The position numbers and the translations under genes were made by a program. Positions 52,729 to 64,000 of a stretch of DNA of 64,000 nt are shown here, piece by piece. Position 1 is the first letter of the stretch, and each line of letters begins with the position of its first letter. The stretch lies in assembly GCA_963706595.1 (NCBI GenBank), contig OY970166.1:992001-1056000 (forward strand), given 5' to 3'. The notes under the pieces were generated by a model. The model had not been told where the DNA came from. It did not search any database and worked only from the letters and a program-made list of their open reading frames with translations. This DNA comes from an uncultured cyanobacterium (GTDB taxonomy: Bacteria > Cyanobacteriota > Cyanobacteriia > Cyanobacteriales > Nostocaceae).

Positions 52729-53799
52729 ATGCAATCAGTAGTTAGTTCCGAATATACAGCAATGGATGCACCCAAGCAAGGAATGCCAGTTACAATTATT
52801 ACTGGTTTTCTGGGTAGTGGGAAAACAACTTTATTAAATCATATCCTCAGTAATCAACAAGGGTTAAAAACTGCGGTATTAGTGAATGAATTTGGAGAAA
52901 TTGGCATTGATAATGAGCTAATTGTCTCCACAGAAGATAATATGGTTGCTCTCAGCAACGGTTGTATTTGCTGCACTATTAATAATGATTTAGTAGATGC
53001 AGTTTACCAAGTTTTAGAACGCCAAGAAAATCTTGATTATTTGGTGGTAGAAACCACAGGATTAGCTGACCCGTTACCAGTGGCTTTAACCTTTCTCGGT
53101 ACAGAACTAAGAGATTTAACTCGTCTCGATTCCATTATTACTGTCGTAGATGCAGCTAACTACAGTCTGGATTTATTTAACTCTGAGGCGGCATATAGTC
53201 AAATCGCCTATGGTGATATAATTATCCTGAATAAAGCAGATTTGGTTGATGAGGCGGCCTTGAATGATTTGGAACGCAAAATCAATGATGTCAAAGAAGG
53301 TGCTAGAATTATCCGCACAGAGCGATCGCAAGTTCCATTACCTTTAATTCTCAGCGTGGGTCTGTTTGCCTCTGAAAAGTATTTTGATGAACCAGATAAG
53401 CATGACCACGACCATGAACACCATGATCATGATCACTCAAAATGTGAACACGATGAGCATGATCATGAACACCATCACCATGATCATTCCCACCATTTAG
53501 AAAATGATGGTTTTACTTCCATCTCTTTCCAAACTGACCAACCTTTGGGGATTAGGAAATTTCAATATTTCTTAGATAATCAATTACCCGCAAACATTTT
53601 CCGGGCTAAAGGAATTATCTGGTTTGAAGAAAGTCCCAACCGTCATATTTTCCACCTTTGCGGTAAACGCTTTACTTTGGATGATGACCAATGGAAGGGT
53701 AAGCCGAAAACTCAGTTAGTATTCATTGGTCAAGATTTAGATCGTGAAACTCTGATGTCGCAGTTGGAAAATTGCCTTTGTGTTCCTTCTGCAAGCTGA
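52729..53799 (+). CDS. CobW/COG0523 GTPase metallochaperone
   Basis: GFLGSGKT, GCICC, ETTG, NKAD and a His-rich linker. Confidence 0.93.
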   Translation: MQSVVSSEYTAMDAPKQGMPVTIITGFLGSGKTTLLNHILSNQQGLKTAVLVNEFGEIGIDNELIVSTEDNMVALSNGCICCTINNDLVDAVYQVLERQENLDYLVVETTGLADPLPVALTFLGTELRDLTRLDSIITVVDAANYSLDLFNSEAAYSQIAYGDIIILNKADLVDEAALNDLERKINDVKEGARIIRTERSQVPLPLILSVGLFASEKYFDEPDKHDHDHEHHDHDHSKCEHDEHDHEHHHHDHSHHLENDGFTSISFQTDQPLGIRKFQYFLDNQLPANIFRAKGIIWFEESPNRHIFHLCGKRFTLDDDQWKGKPKTQLVFIGQDLDRETLMSQLENCLCVPSAS

Positions 53800-53944
53800 G
53801 GTTTGAAATCAGTTATGGCGGTTCTGAGATCAAAGAACCCCACCCCCAACCCCCTCCCCGCAAGCGAGGAGGGGGCTATGAAACAGTTAACAAATCATGA
53901 GGTTAATTATATCTCTTGACTGATAACTGATAACTGATAACTGA

Positions 53945-55477
53945 TTACCTTGGTCTTCCCAGTGTTGTCACATATATCACAGCTTCCTCTGAGGGAATGC
54001 CTAAAATCTCGTTTACTTGGTCGTCGAAGAAGCCACCGATACCACTGACACCTACACCCAGGTTAGTTGCGGCTAAGTTCAACCTTTGTCCTAAATGTCC
54101 CGCATCTGTATGTAAATAACGGTAAACGCGATCGCCATATTGTGCGATCGCAGTTTTAAGATCAGCTGTATGAAACAACACGGCGGCTGCATCTCTGCCT
54201 AAATCTTGCCCCAAGCAAAGAAAGTGTAACTCTCGTCGGAAGTTTTTGAAGCGAATTTGTCTTAATTCTTGGGCTTTAGGTGCGTAATAATAACAGCCTG
54301 ACTCCAAACCTTTCACCCCACTCACAGCAATAAATGTTTCAATTAAATTCAGGTCAAAATAGTCTGGAGAACTATCTAAACCTTGGTCGATGTAATTTTG
54401 TGGTTGATAGGTGAAATCGAGTAAACTTTTGAGTTCATCGAAGCTTAAATCATCACCACTGTAGGCGCGGGTAGAACGTCGCTTGTACATGGTGGTTTCC
54501 AAATCTGCCAGTTTTGTTCCCCAGGAAATCGGTGTGGTAGCTGTGGGAATTTTTAGACAGAAAGGAAAATTGTATTTATCTTCCAAGATTTTCTCTGACT
54601 TAACTCTTGGTAAATTCACCTTACCAGTTACACTTGGTTGAATTTGAGTGCGACGATGAAAATATTTCAGCAGTTCACCATCGGGAATGGGTGGATAATT
54701 AGTTTCGCTGGCTGAGGGTAAGGCTGTACATCCCACTGGTAAATTTTGTTGCACATCTAATAAGTCTGCCAGAGGTAGGACAGCGATCGCACCTTCTTGT
54801 TGCGAATCTATATATAGTAAATCATTGATAGCTTCATCCACAAAACCACCAATCAAGTGTGGGCGATAGTCATTCATCGCCGCAGCTAGCTCTATATTGC
54901 CCAGCAGATGCCCTGTATCTAAAAATATGCGACGATAGGCTCTATCTTCATATCGCCAGGCTGAACGATAAAAAACCCCAGTTATGACAATTGCCAATTG
55001 GGTATTTTCAACGGCTGGATGCCAAAAACAAGCTTCTTGCAAAGCTGGCCAAACATCGCTTTCCCAATAGTGCATTAAAGAATGAGTCCGACATTGGTAG
55101 TTATATAATCCCGGTGGTAATAACGGCGTACCACGGGAAACTAGATACACTTCCGCCGGATATAACCCCCCTGCACTGGGCGCAGCGCGTAAATATACCG
55201 CACTCCCCATTGAAGGCATTCTTGCCGTTAGTCCGTAACTGCGGAATAATAACCTTGAAAGTCTTTGCCACCATTGTGCATCTGGGTTATTAGCAAATGT
55301 CTCTGATGTGTCTTGGATGTAGGGTTTGAGGTCGAAAGTTGTCCCAATTTTGTACTCTTTAAACGGGACTGGCTGTTTAGCCCAGTCTAACCCCTGAGAT
55401 TTAGAGGCTAGAGTCTCAGGATCGTATTTAGTCCGTTCGTGGTAGTGTTGAGCGATGGATTCGCGTAGTTCTGGCAT
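53945..55477 (-). CDS. SagB/ThcOx-family tandem nitroreductase-like dehydrogenase
   Basis: PSAGGLYP, RRSTR and DAGHLGQ. Confidence 0.9.
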   Translation of the reverse strand: MPELRESIAQHYHERTKYDPETLASKSQGLDWAKQPVPFKEYKIGTTFDLKPYIQDTSETFANNPDAQWWQRLSRLLFRSYGLTARMPSMGSAVYLRAAPSAGGLYPAEVYLVSRGTPLLPPGLYNYQCRTHSLMHYWESDVWPALQEACFWHPAVENTQLAIVITGVFYRSAWRYEDRAYRRIFLDTGHLLGNIELAAAMNDYRPHLIGGFVDEAINDLLYIDSQQEGAIAVLPLADLLDVQQNLPVGCTALPSASETNYPPIPDGELLKYFHRRTQIQPSVTGKVNLPRVKSEKILEDKYNFPFCLKIPTATTPISWGTKLADLETTMYKRRSTRAYSGDDLSFDELKSLLDFTYQPQNYIDQGLDSSPDYFDLNLIETFIAVSGVKGLESGCYYYAPKAQELRQIRFKNFRRELHFLCLGQDLGRDAAAVLFHTADLKTAIAQYGDRVYRYLHTDAGHLGQRLNLAATNLGVGVSGIGGFFDDQVNEILGIPSEEAVIYVTTLGRPR

Positions 55478-55589
55478 ATTAATTTCAATACTCTTGGCTT
55501 CCTCCTTTTGATCTTGACATTCATCAGCCTCATTGTTTCGTGTTAATTAGTACAAACTGTAAACTCATTATGTGATTTCAGGAAATTCG

Positions 55590-56516
55590 TTAATCGGAAT
55601 GAGTTGATTCTGGGATATCTGCCAAAATTGACCTCTGGGTTCGTCGCCAACGAATAACGCCATAGATACCCGCAGCTAAAATGAACCACACGGGACTGTA
55701 AACCATGAACCAAATACCCAATTTCAACAAGCCTACACTCAATTTACCTAATGAATCAGTGGAGTTATTCCAGGTTTCTTGAATTTGGGATGCTAAGGTA
55801 ATCTGGGGACTGCTGCTAGATATCGCTGCTTCTAGGTTCAGGGTAATGGTGGAGTATGCAACTTGATTTTTTAAGCTTTTTAATTGAGCATCAATTTGTT
55901 CTATGGATTGTCGGACGTTATTCAATTGTTGAGCAACACTTAGCACATCTCTAATGGAACCCGCCCGATCCATAATTTTTTGCAAATTGGCTTCAGTTCG
56001 TTGCAGGTTATTTAATCTGGCTTGGAAATCCACCAAGCGATCGCCCACATCTTCTGCGGTAATATTACGATTACTCACAGTGCCTAATTTAGCTAATTCT
56101 TTGATGGTAGGTTCTAGAAGGTTTTGGGGAACTCGCAGCGTCATTGATGCAGTATGGCGAGAAGTTTCCCGTGTCGGCTGACGTTCGTTTAAACTGATTA
56201 AATCCCCTTGTTGTTGATTAATAATTTGGGAGACAGCATCGATACTCTGACTAACAGAGTCAACAATTACAGTCATTGCAGCCTTTTTAATCAGTTGAGG
56301 CCGGGCGCGGGGTACTGGTGCAGCTTCCGCCTGTTGGGGCATACTTTCACTAATTGTAGGTGGTGCTGCGGCTGAATTCTCAAGGCGAGCGCTCGAAGAC
56401 AAAGCCGAATCCAAAGATGGCTGCACAGAAGAAGCACAACTACTAAATATCACCCCACCCAATAAAGCACTCACCAACACAACAGATTTTTGTGGCGATT
56501 TCGTCGAGACTTGCAT
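55590..56516 (-). CDS. DUF4349 lipoprotein-like protein
   Basis: Lipobox-like SSC, LRVP, AEDV and VAYSTITL; C-terminal TM. Confidence 0.85.
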   Translation of the reverse strand: MQVSTKSPQKSVVLVSALLGGVIFSSCASSVQPSLDSALSSSARLENSAAAPPTISESMPQQAEAAPVPRARPQLIKKAAMTVIVDSVSQSIDAVSQIINQQQGDLISLNERQPTRETSRHTASMTLRVPQNLLEPTIKELAKLGTVSNRNITAEDVGDRLVDFQARLNNLQRTEANLQKIMDRAGSIRDVLSVAQQLNNVRQSIEQIDAQLKSLKNQVAYSTITLNLEAAISSSSPQITLASQIQETWNNSTDSLGKLSVGLLKLGIWFMVYSPVWFILAAGIYGVIRWRRTQRSILADIPESTHSD

Positions 56517-56741
56517 AATCAACCCCCAGATAGGTGAAACTAATTTCAGTATGGCTGGGGAAACAACTCAAACTTGGTATGGTTGCGATTTATGTAACAC
56601 AAAAGAGGCTCAGATCCCCGACTTCTTGAAGAAGTCGGGGATCTTTCTTGCTATTCGATAAACCACCCCATAGATGAATTGTCAAAAATCCCTAAGTAAT
56701 TACTAAATTAGGTAATGGTATTGCAAACTAAAACGAAAAAC

Positions 56742-58740
<1,999 letters not shown>

Positions 58741-58870
58741 ATAAGGTACATCTTAGCCCCCTCATCGCTTGCGGGGAGGGGGTTGGGGGTGGGGTTCTTA
58801 TACCTCATAACACCGGGAAGTGCTGTACAGATATCATTCATCATTTACGGGGATATTGGTAAACCCGCCC

Positions 58871-59632
58871 CTACGAATAACCCAAAAAAGAATTTATCCT
58901 AGCTACAGCATAGCGGACGCTTTTTTCATCAGTATATTCGGGATTAATGGGAATCTCATCGAAAGATTGCAGCACAATCACAATGCGATAACGTTTACCA
59001 TATTTAAATTGCTTATCTCGAATCTCCAAACGCAGAATATTTTCTAGTGGTTCCTCAATAACTTGCTGAACACGTAAACTTTTTCGCTCTATAAATACCT
59101 GATTCAGACTTTTGTAGAAAATACAATTAGTCATAGGTGTTGTTAATGCAACAGCACTAATAGCTATTCCAATTAACATACTTACATTTTTAACAAACAG
59201 TAGTTGACGTTGATTTTGTGCTACCAATAAAGACATTTGTCCAGAATTAATAAAGGTGTTAATTTGCTGGGAATCTCGCTGATTGTTTCCATAGTTCCGA
59301 CTAGATATCAGTTCCCGTTCTCCCACAGGAGTCACAATGACGACGCGATAAATTTTACTCCTGCTACTTCTGGTGGTTTTTACGTATGCGCTATGAATAT
59401 CAAAAATTCTTAGCCTCTGTCTCCTTCCCAGCAAACTAGACCGCCTCAATTCACAGTTAATTTCATTAGATAAAGGGCGTTGACAAGTAAGACTAGCGGC
59501 TGCAAATTCAAACCACAAGAAGTAAATTAAAAAAACCAAACAGCCAATAAAAAATGACCCTCCAAACAACCATACACGAATCGGTCGGTGCTTGAGTCGT
59601 AATCTAGTACGCGTTTCTTCGACAATTTCCAT
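58871..59632 (-). CDS. Hypothetical membrane protein
   Basis: 253 aa, two TM segments, two similar beta-rich halves each with YRxVIV. Confidence 0.65.
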   Translation of the reverse strand: MEIVEETRTRLRLKHRPIRVWLFGGSFFIGCLVFLIYFLWFEFAAASLTCQRPLSNEINCELRRSSLLGRRQRLRIFDIHSAYVKTTRSSRSKIYRVVIVTPVGERELISSRNYGNNQRDSQQINTFINSGQMSLLVAQNQRQLLFVKNVSMLIGIAISAVALTTPMTNCIFYKSLNQVFIERKSLRVQQVIEEPLENILRLEIRDKQFKYGKRYRIVIVLQSFDEIPINPEYTDEKSVRYAVARINSFLGYS

Positions 59633-59705
59633 GAATATTGGTATATAAAAGACTTAACTTATAATTTGAGTATTCCCTTCCAAGTCAGTTTACCAATCAA
59701 TAAAT

Positions 59706-60542
59706 ATGCCAAAAACACACCTTAACCCGGCAAAGCAGCAACATCACAGGCTGATAAGTCTATTATTCCTGGCTTGCTTCCTGGGGATGCAAAATACAGC
59801 ACAAGCACAGTCTCAGCCACCAGCTAAACTGTTGCCATTTTTCGATAATATCAATAACCCGATTCCTGTAAGATTCCCCAGAGGGCAGAGATTAGACATA
59901 ACACCACCCGCACCACTGCTAAATCCCTTTGACAAAGCTGTTCTCAATATCTGTGGTCCCATAGGAACAAGAGTTAACCGGAATAAATTTAAACAGTTGT
60001 TGTCCTCTTACCCAGGTGTATTACAGAAACTTCAAACAGTTAGCGGCGGCGAAATTCGTCCAGGACGCAGGAATAAAACCCAATTTATCGCAGATTTAAC
60101 CGATGTTTGGTTTAAAAATCGGGGGTTTGAACATATTTTTTGTGGCGAACTTAAGAGCGATAATAAAATTGGTGGCTTGCATTTTTATGGGAGATATTTA
60201 CAGTTACAAAATCAAGGAATTGGCGGACGCTTACCGAATAATCAGAGGCGTGAGGAAGTTGTTCCTGGTGTCATTTATACAATGGGTGTGGTAATTAACC
60301 AAGGAAACCGCACATTTACAGATGTGATTAAAGGCTATAGTTATCTGAGTAATGCTCAAGAATTGCTTGTAGATGCTACCCAAATTTTTAAGCTCCAAGG
60401 AAATTCTGAAGGAGCGTGTATTTTTAATCTCCGAGACCAAGATACTGGCAAAACTTTTCCTAAAGTTTTTGTGCGGAGACAACAGGCTATAGTTACCTTC
60501 TATCCTGATGCTACTCCCCAAGGTGCAAACTGTAAAAGATAA
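59706..60542 (+). CDS. Bacterial EndoU-domain protein with signal peptide
   Basis: FEHIFCGE...GGLH and C-terminal TFYP. Confidence 0.8.
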   Translation: MPKTHLNPAKQQHHRLISLLFLACFLGMQNTAQAQSQPPAKLLPFFDNINNPIPVRFPRGQRLDITPPAPLLNPFDKAVLNICGPIGTRVNRNKFKQLLSSYPGVLQKLQTVSGGEIRPGRRNKTQFIADLTDVWFKNRGFEHIFCGELKSDNKIGGLHFYGRYLQLQNQGIGGRLPNNQRREEVVPGVIYTMGVVINQGNRTFTDVIKGYSYLSNAQELLVDATQIFKLQGNSEGACIFNLRDQDTGKTFPKVFVRRQQAIVTFYPDATPQGANCKR

Positions 60543-60549
60543 TTTCCTT

Positions 60550-60567
60550 CTTTGAGCTACCTCAAAG
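60550..60567 (+). promoter_or_regulatory. FNR/Crp-family-like operator
   Basis: Perfect palindrome CTTTGAG-CTAC-CTCAAAG (TTGA-N6-TCAA) ending 57 bp before ATG 60625. Confidence 0.6.
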
Positions 60568-60624
60568 ACAGCAGCATAAATTTATGACAAATTGAGGATA
60601 TAAGCAGTTCGGAGGGTTACAGAG

Positions 60625-61401
60625 ATGACCAACGCTATCCTCAATTTCCAAACAGCTTCGGGACACCAAGTTTTAGCCGCAGCAGGTAAAAAATATCTGC
60701 GTCCTGGTGGAAGAATAGCAACAGAAAAATTATGCCAATGGGCGAATTTTCAGCCCGGTGAAACAGTTTTAGAATTAGCTTCTAGCTTTGGATACAGTGC
60801 AATATCTCTAGCGCAACGCTACCATGTGAAAGTAGTAGGGATAGAAAAAAATCCTGAGAGTGTAGTTCGTGCGCGTGAAAACGTCTGCGCTGCTGGTTTA
60901 GAAAACCAAATTGAAATCATTGAAGGTGATATTTTTCATCTGGATGTCATACCAGAAAAGTTTGATTATGTTTTAGCTGAAGCCATTCTCACAATGCAGT
61001 CTCCAGCCGGAAAAGCCAAGATTTTGCAGGGAATTCACAACCGACTGAAAGCAGGAGGTAAGTTTCTCTCCCATGAATTATTAGCAACTGACAAAGAAGA
61101 AAAAATTAGTGCAGATTTAGCAAAAGTAATTCGAGTTAATTCTACACCACTTTCAGCCGATAACTGGATTGGGGCTTGTGCAGAAGCAGGATTAGAAGTA
61201 GATAAACATCAAACTGGAAAGATGAGTTTATTGGACTTAAGGAAGATGTTTCAAGATGAAGGTATTTTTAACACCATCCAGATTTTGTGGAATATTCTGA
61301 CGCAAAAATCTATCCGCAGAAGAGTATTAGAAATGCGCCATATTTTCCAAAAATACCATCAAGAATTAGGCTATATCATTCTGTGCGCTGTTGCTCAATA
61401 G
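60625..61401 (+). CDS. Class I SAM-dependent methyltransferase
   Basis: GKKYLRPGG, VLELASSFG and FDYVLAE. Confidence 0.85.
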   Translation: MTNAILNFQTASGHQVLAAAGKKYLRPGGRIATEKLCQWANFQPGETVLELASSFGYSAISLAQRYHVKVVGIEKNPESVVRARENVCAAGLENQIEIIEGDIFHLDVIPEKFDYVLAEAILTMQSPAGKAKILQGIHNRLKAGGKFLSHELLATDKEEKISADLAKVIRVNSTPLSADNWIGACAEAGLEVDKHQTGKMSLLDLRKMFQDEGIFNTIQILWNILTQKSIRRRVLEMRHIFQKYHQELGYIILCAVAQ

Positions 61402-61566
61402 CTAGCCATACCATTTCCTTAATTCCTTCCTTCATTTCTTCTTTGTGTACTTTGCGGTATGCGCTGCGCGCACGCTACGCGAACATTCCTCCAAACTACA
61501 CCACACCAGCTATCATGCAGATTTGATATTAATCCTGAAAATACCTCAAATCAAAACCTAAAAAAT

Positions 61567-61908
61567 ATGACTAATCAAATAACAAAAAACCAATCTCTAA
61601 TTACCCAATTGCGAGAACAAATTGAATATCCTCATTCTGGCGTTCTCAGCAAGGTGATAACTCAAGATAAAGCTTGTCAATATACTTTATTTTGTTTAGC
61701 AGCTACAACTGATATTTCTGAGCATACTTCTACTCGCAATGCAACTGTTAATGTCTTGGAAGGTAGAGGTGTACTCACCTTATTAGGCGAAGATATTACC
61801 CTTGAACCTGGGGTTTTTGTATTTATGCCTGCTCATGCACCTCACGCTTTAAAAGCAGAGGAAAATTTAGCTTTTTTACTCACACTTTCTGAAAAAGTAG
61901 ATAAATAA
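61567..61908 (+). CDS. Cupin-domain protein
   Basis: ISEHT, VLEGRG and MPAHAPHAL; start ATG 61567. Confidence 0.85.
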   Translation: MTNQITKNQSLITQLREQIEYPHSGVLSKVITQDKACQYTLFCLAATTDISEHTSTRNATVNVLEGRGVLTLLGEDITLEPGVFVFMPAHAPHALKAEENLAFLLTLSEKVDK

Positions 61909-61923
61909 TAGGAACTTTACCAA

Positions 61924-62418
61924 ATGTCAATGTTAATTTCAACTTTCACCCAGCACTTAGATATTTCTCCAATTCAATTAGAAGCTATCTTCACAAAATC
62001 CCTAATTGAGTTACTTAATTCACCTGAAGTACAAGCAAAACTAAATAGTTTAGATACCAATTTGCTCAGAGAAACTTTACCTACAGCCGGGGCAGTTTTA
62101 GCGAAAGAATTACCGCCTTTTTACCACTGGCTGAAAAGCGAGTTAGGTGTCAACCGCGTTCCTGATAGCCCAGATCATACGACAAAATGGGTAATTGATT
62201 TTGTAAATAATCAAGAAAGTTTAACTCGTTTAGTTGAGTTGCATCGTCCAGTTCCCGGACAGGCTTTAGAAGCTGCTATTCCTCGGTTGGTGGGCGTGTT
62301 TGCAGGTGTGGAAGATGAGTGCATTAGACAAGAATGGCAAAAGGCTGTGGCTGCACTTTGTTTAGTTTTAGTTGTCGCATCTCGTGAACAAGAGAGGTTA
62401 AATTTAGCAGTTGGTTGA
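61924..62418 (+). CDS. Hypothetical helical protein
   Basis: 164-aa ORF 15 bp after the cupin gene. Confidence 0.7.
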   Translation: MSMLISTFTQHLDISPIQLEAIFTKSLIELLNSPEVQAKLNSLDTNLLRETLPTAGAVLAKELPPFYHWLKSELGVNRVPDSPDHTTKWVIDFVNNQESLTRLVELHRPVPGQALEAAIPRLVGVFAGVEDECIRQEWQKAVAALCLVLVVASREQERLNLAVG

Positions 62419-62636
62419 AGTAGGATAAAAGTTAGTTGTGATGAGCCGGTTCATTACAACTAGATTTAATTAAATGTGAATAATTATGACTATTGGGAAC
62501 AATACAAGAACCCCACCCCCAACCCCCTCCCCGCAAGCGAGGAGGGGGCTATGATAGATATATATTGTATATAGTTTGTATTATTAGGAAAGGCTACAAC
62601 GTGGTAGACTGACACAGCGAAAATAATGTATTAGAC

Positions 62637-62710
62637 GTAGGTTGGGTTAAGCGCAGCGCAACCCAACGCTGCCAATGATGTTGGGTTTGGTTACGTCAGC
62701 CCAACCTACA
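62637..62710. repeat. GTAG-type REP doublet
   Basis: GTAGGTTGGGTT...CCCAACCTAC; other GTAG doublets near 20667, 29547 and 41223. Confidence 0.75.
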
Positions 62711-62718
62711 ATTATGAT

Positions 62719-63420
62719 TTAATCATCTATATTTCCAGATGCGATCGCCTCTAATTTCTCCCTATCCAATATAATAATTTTACCACCCCGACTATAGGCA
62801 ACTACGGAATTTAAACTTTTAATTAATCGCAGACATTCTTCGTAAGTAATCCCAATACTCCGCGCCATCCGATAGTAAGTTAATTTAACTTTTAAAATCT
62901 CACCTTGGGAACTAGTTTCGGTTCCTGATGTGTCAGCAAAATATTGGATTAATCTAGTCAGGCGAATAATTGCTCTTTCGGAAACTAATCCATGTACTGT
63001 TTCATGTAGTTGCTGAATCCGAGTGTTAAAAACCATCAACATCCGTAAGGCAATTTCTGGTTGATTTTGGATGGCTTGGAGTAAAGCATCACGTTGGACG
63101 GTGAGAATTTCACAATCGCATTCAGCAGTTACGGTTGCTGGTGAAATCCCATTTCCTAAAAGTGCAGGTGCGGCGAAAATTTCCCCAGCATTTAGTCCCC
63201 GCAAAATGGTTTCTTTGCCTGTGGTTGCTGTTTTGGTGACTTGAATTGCACCACTGACTACAGCATATAACTTTGCGGGTAGGCGATCGCCTTCATGCAG
63301 AATAATCTCTCCTTTGCTGTAACTTTGCACCAAGGTGTCAGGTTGCAGTTTTAACTTGTCTGCGGTTTCTAATCCAGCAAACACGATAATTTCTGAGAGT
63401 TGTGCTAAAGATGCCTGCAT
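62719..63420 (-). CDS. Crp/Fnr-family transcriptional regulator
   Basis: cNMP-like beta-roll (GEIF) and C-terminal HTH (MARSIGITYEECLR); no FNR Cys cluster. Confidence 0.9.
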   Translation of the reverse strand: MQASLAQLSEIIVFAGLETADKLKLQPDTLVQSYSKGEIILHEGDRLPAKLYAVVSGAIQVTKTATTGKETILRGLNAGEIFAAPALLGNGISPATVTAECDCEILTVQRDALLQAIQNQPEIALRMLMVFNTRIQQLHETVHGLVSERAIIRLTRLIQYFADTSGTETSSQGEILKVKLTYYRMARSIGITYEECLRLIKSLNSVVAYSRGGKIIILDREKLEAIASGNIDD

Positions 63421-63422
63421 AA

Positions 63423-64000
63423 TTAAGCTACAGTTGCCAAGGCGGGACGATGTTGAATCCAGGGATTTGCGGCTTCTAGTTGCGCCGCCAGACTGATTAA
63501 AGTCGCCTCTGCCGCAGGTTTGCCAATCAGCTGTACACTCATGGGTAAGCCATGACTATCAAATCCTACCGGAAGTGCGATCGCAGGTTGTCCGGTAGCG
63601 TTAAAGGCTGGACAAGGTGCAACCCAGTGGATAATTTTTTGGAATGTCTCTTCTGGACTCAAATTAGCCCATTCTCCCACCCGAATCGGGGAATGCAGAT
63701 AAACGGGTAATATTAGTACATCTACGGTATCGAAAAACGCCACAATTTGCCTAGCAACAATTTGCATTTGGGAAACAGCCCGGAGGTATTCACCCACGGA
63801 ACCTGTGCGCGAGAACAGCAACTGATTCACTGGCTGTAACGCCTCAATGGGGATTCCAGAAGCCGCTACCGCACCTTGCCAGACGGTTTGAAAAGGTTCG
63901 ACTAAATCAGTCAAATCAGGGCATTTCTCTACTATTGTGTGACCAAATTCTGCTAATAATTTGACTGTTTGCAGTACCCCTTGCTGACAATTAGCATCAG
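63423..64000 (-). CDS. Amidase, 3' part (5' end lies outside the window)
   Basis: DVLILP, FNATGQPAIALP and GLPMSVQL. Confidence 0.88.
   Translation of the reverse strand, partial: DANCQQGVLQTVKLLAEFGHTIVEKCPDLTDLVEPFQTVWQGAVAASGIPIEALQPVNQLLFSRTGSVGEYLRAVSQMQIVARQIVAFFDTVDVLILPVYLHSPIRVGEWANLSPEETFQKIIHWVAPCPAFNATGQPAIALPVGFDSHGLPMSVQLIGKPAAEATLISLAAQLEAANPWIQHRPALATVA

Overview
Chromosomal segment of a filamentous, heterocyst-type cyanobacterium (Nostocales). Support: abundant HIP1 octamers (GCGATCGC), STRR heptamer arrays, a split-intein dnaE-c, cytochrome c6 genes and a group-2 sigma factor. About 50 mostly housekeeping or signalling genes are present (rpsD, moaA, kdpABC, priA, sigE-like, petJ, cobM, lgt, coaD, tldD/E, cysS, ilvC, kinases), with many REP, MITE and STRR repeats between and inside them. 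Main points of interest: (1) a complete IS607 element whose TnpB has the rearranged RuvC site of the pro-Fanzor lineage, no zinc-finger cysteines and a long dual-coding overlap with tnpA; (2) an orphan 8-repeat CRISPR array of cyanobacterial I-D type; (3) priA broken by two opposite frameshifts and carrying an in-frame palindromic repeat; (4) a KdpB with substitutions at normally invariant catalytic and coupling residues; (5) a methyltransferase-cupin-unknown operon with a perfect FNR/Crp-like palindrome next to a Crp/Fnr regulator; (6) a displaced 3' duplicate of the MIF gene bracketing a transporter gene, which looks like an integration scar. All calls were made by eye and no database searches were run.
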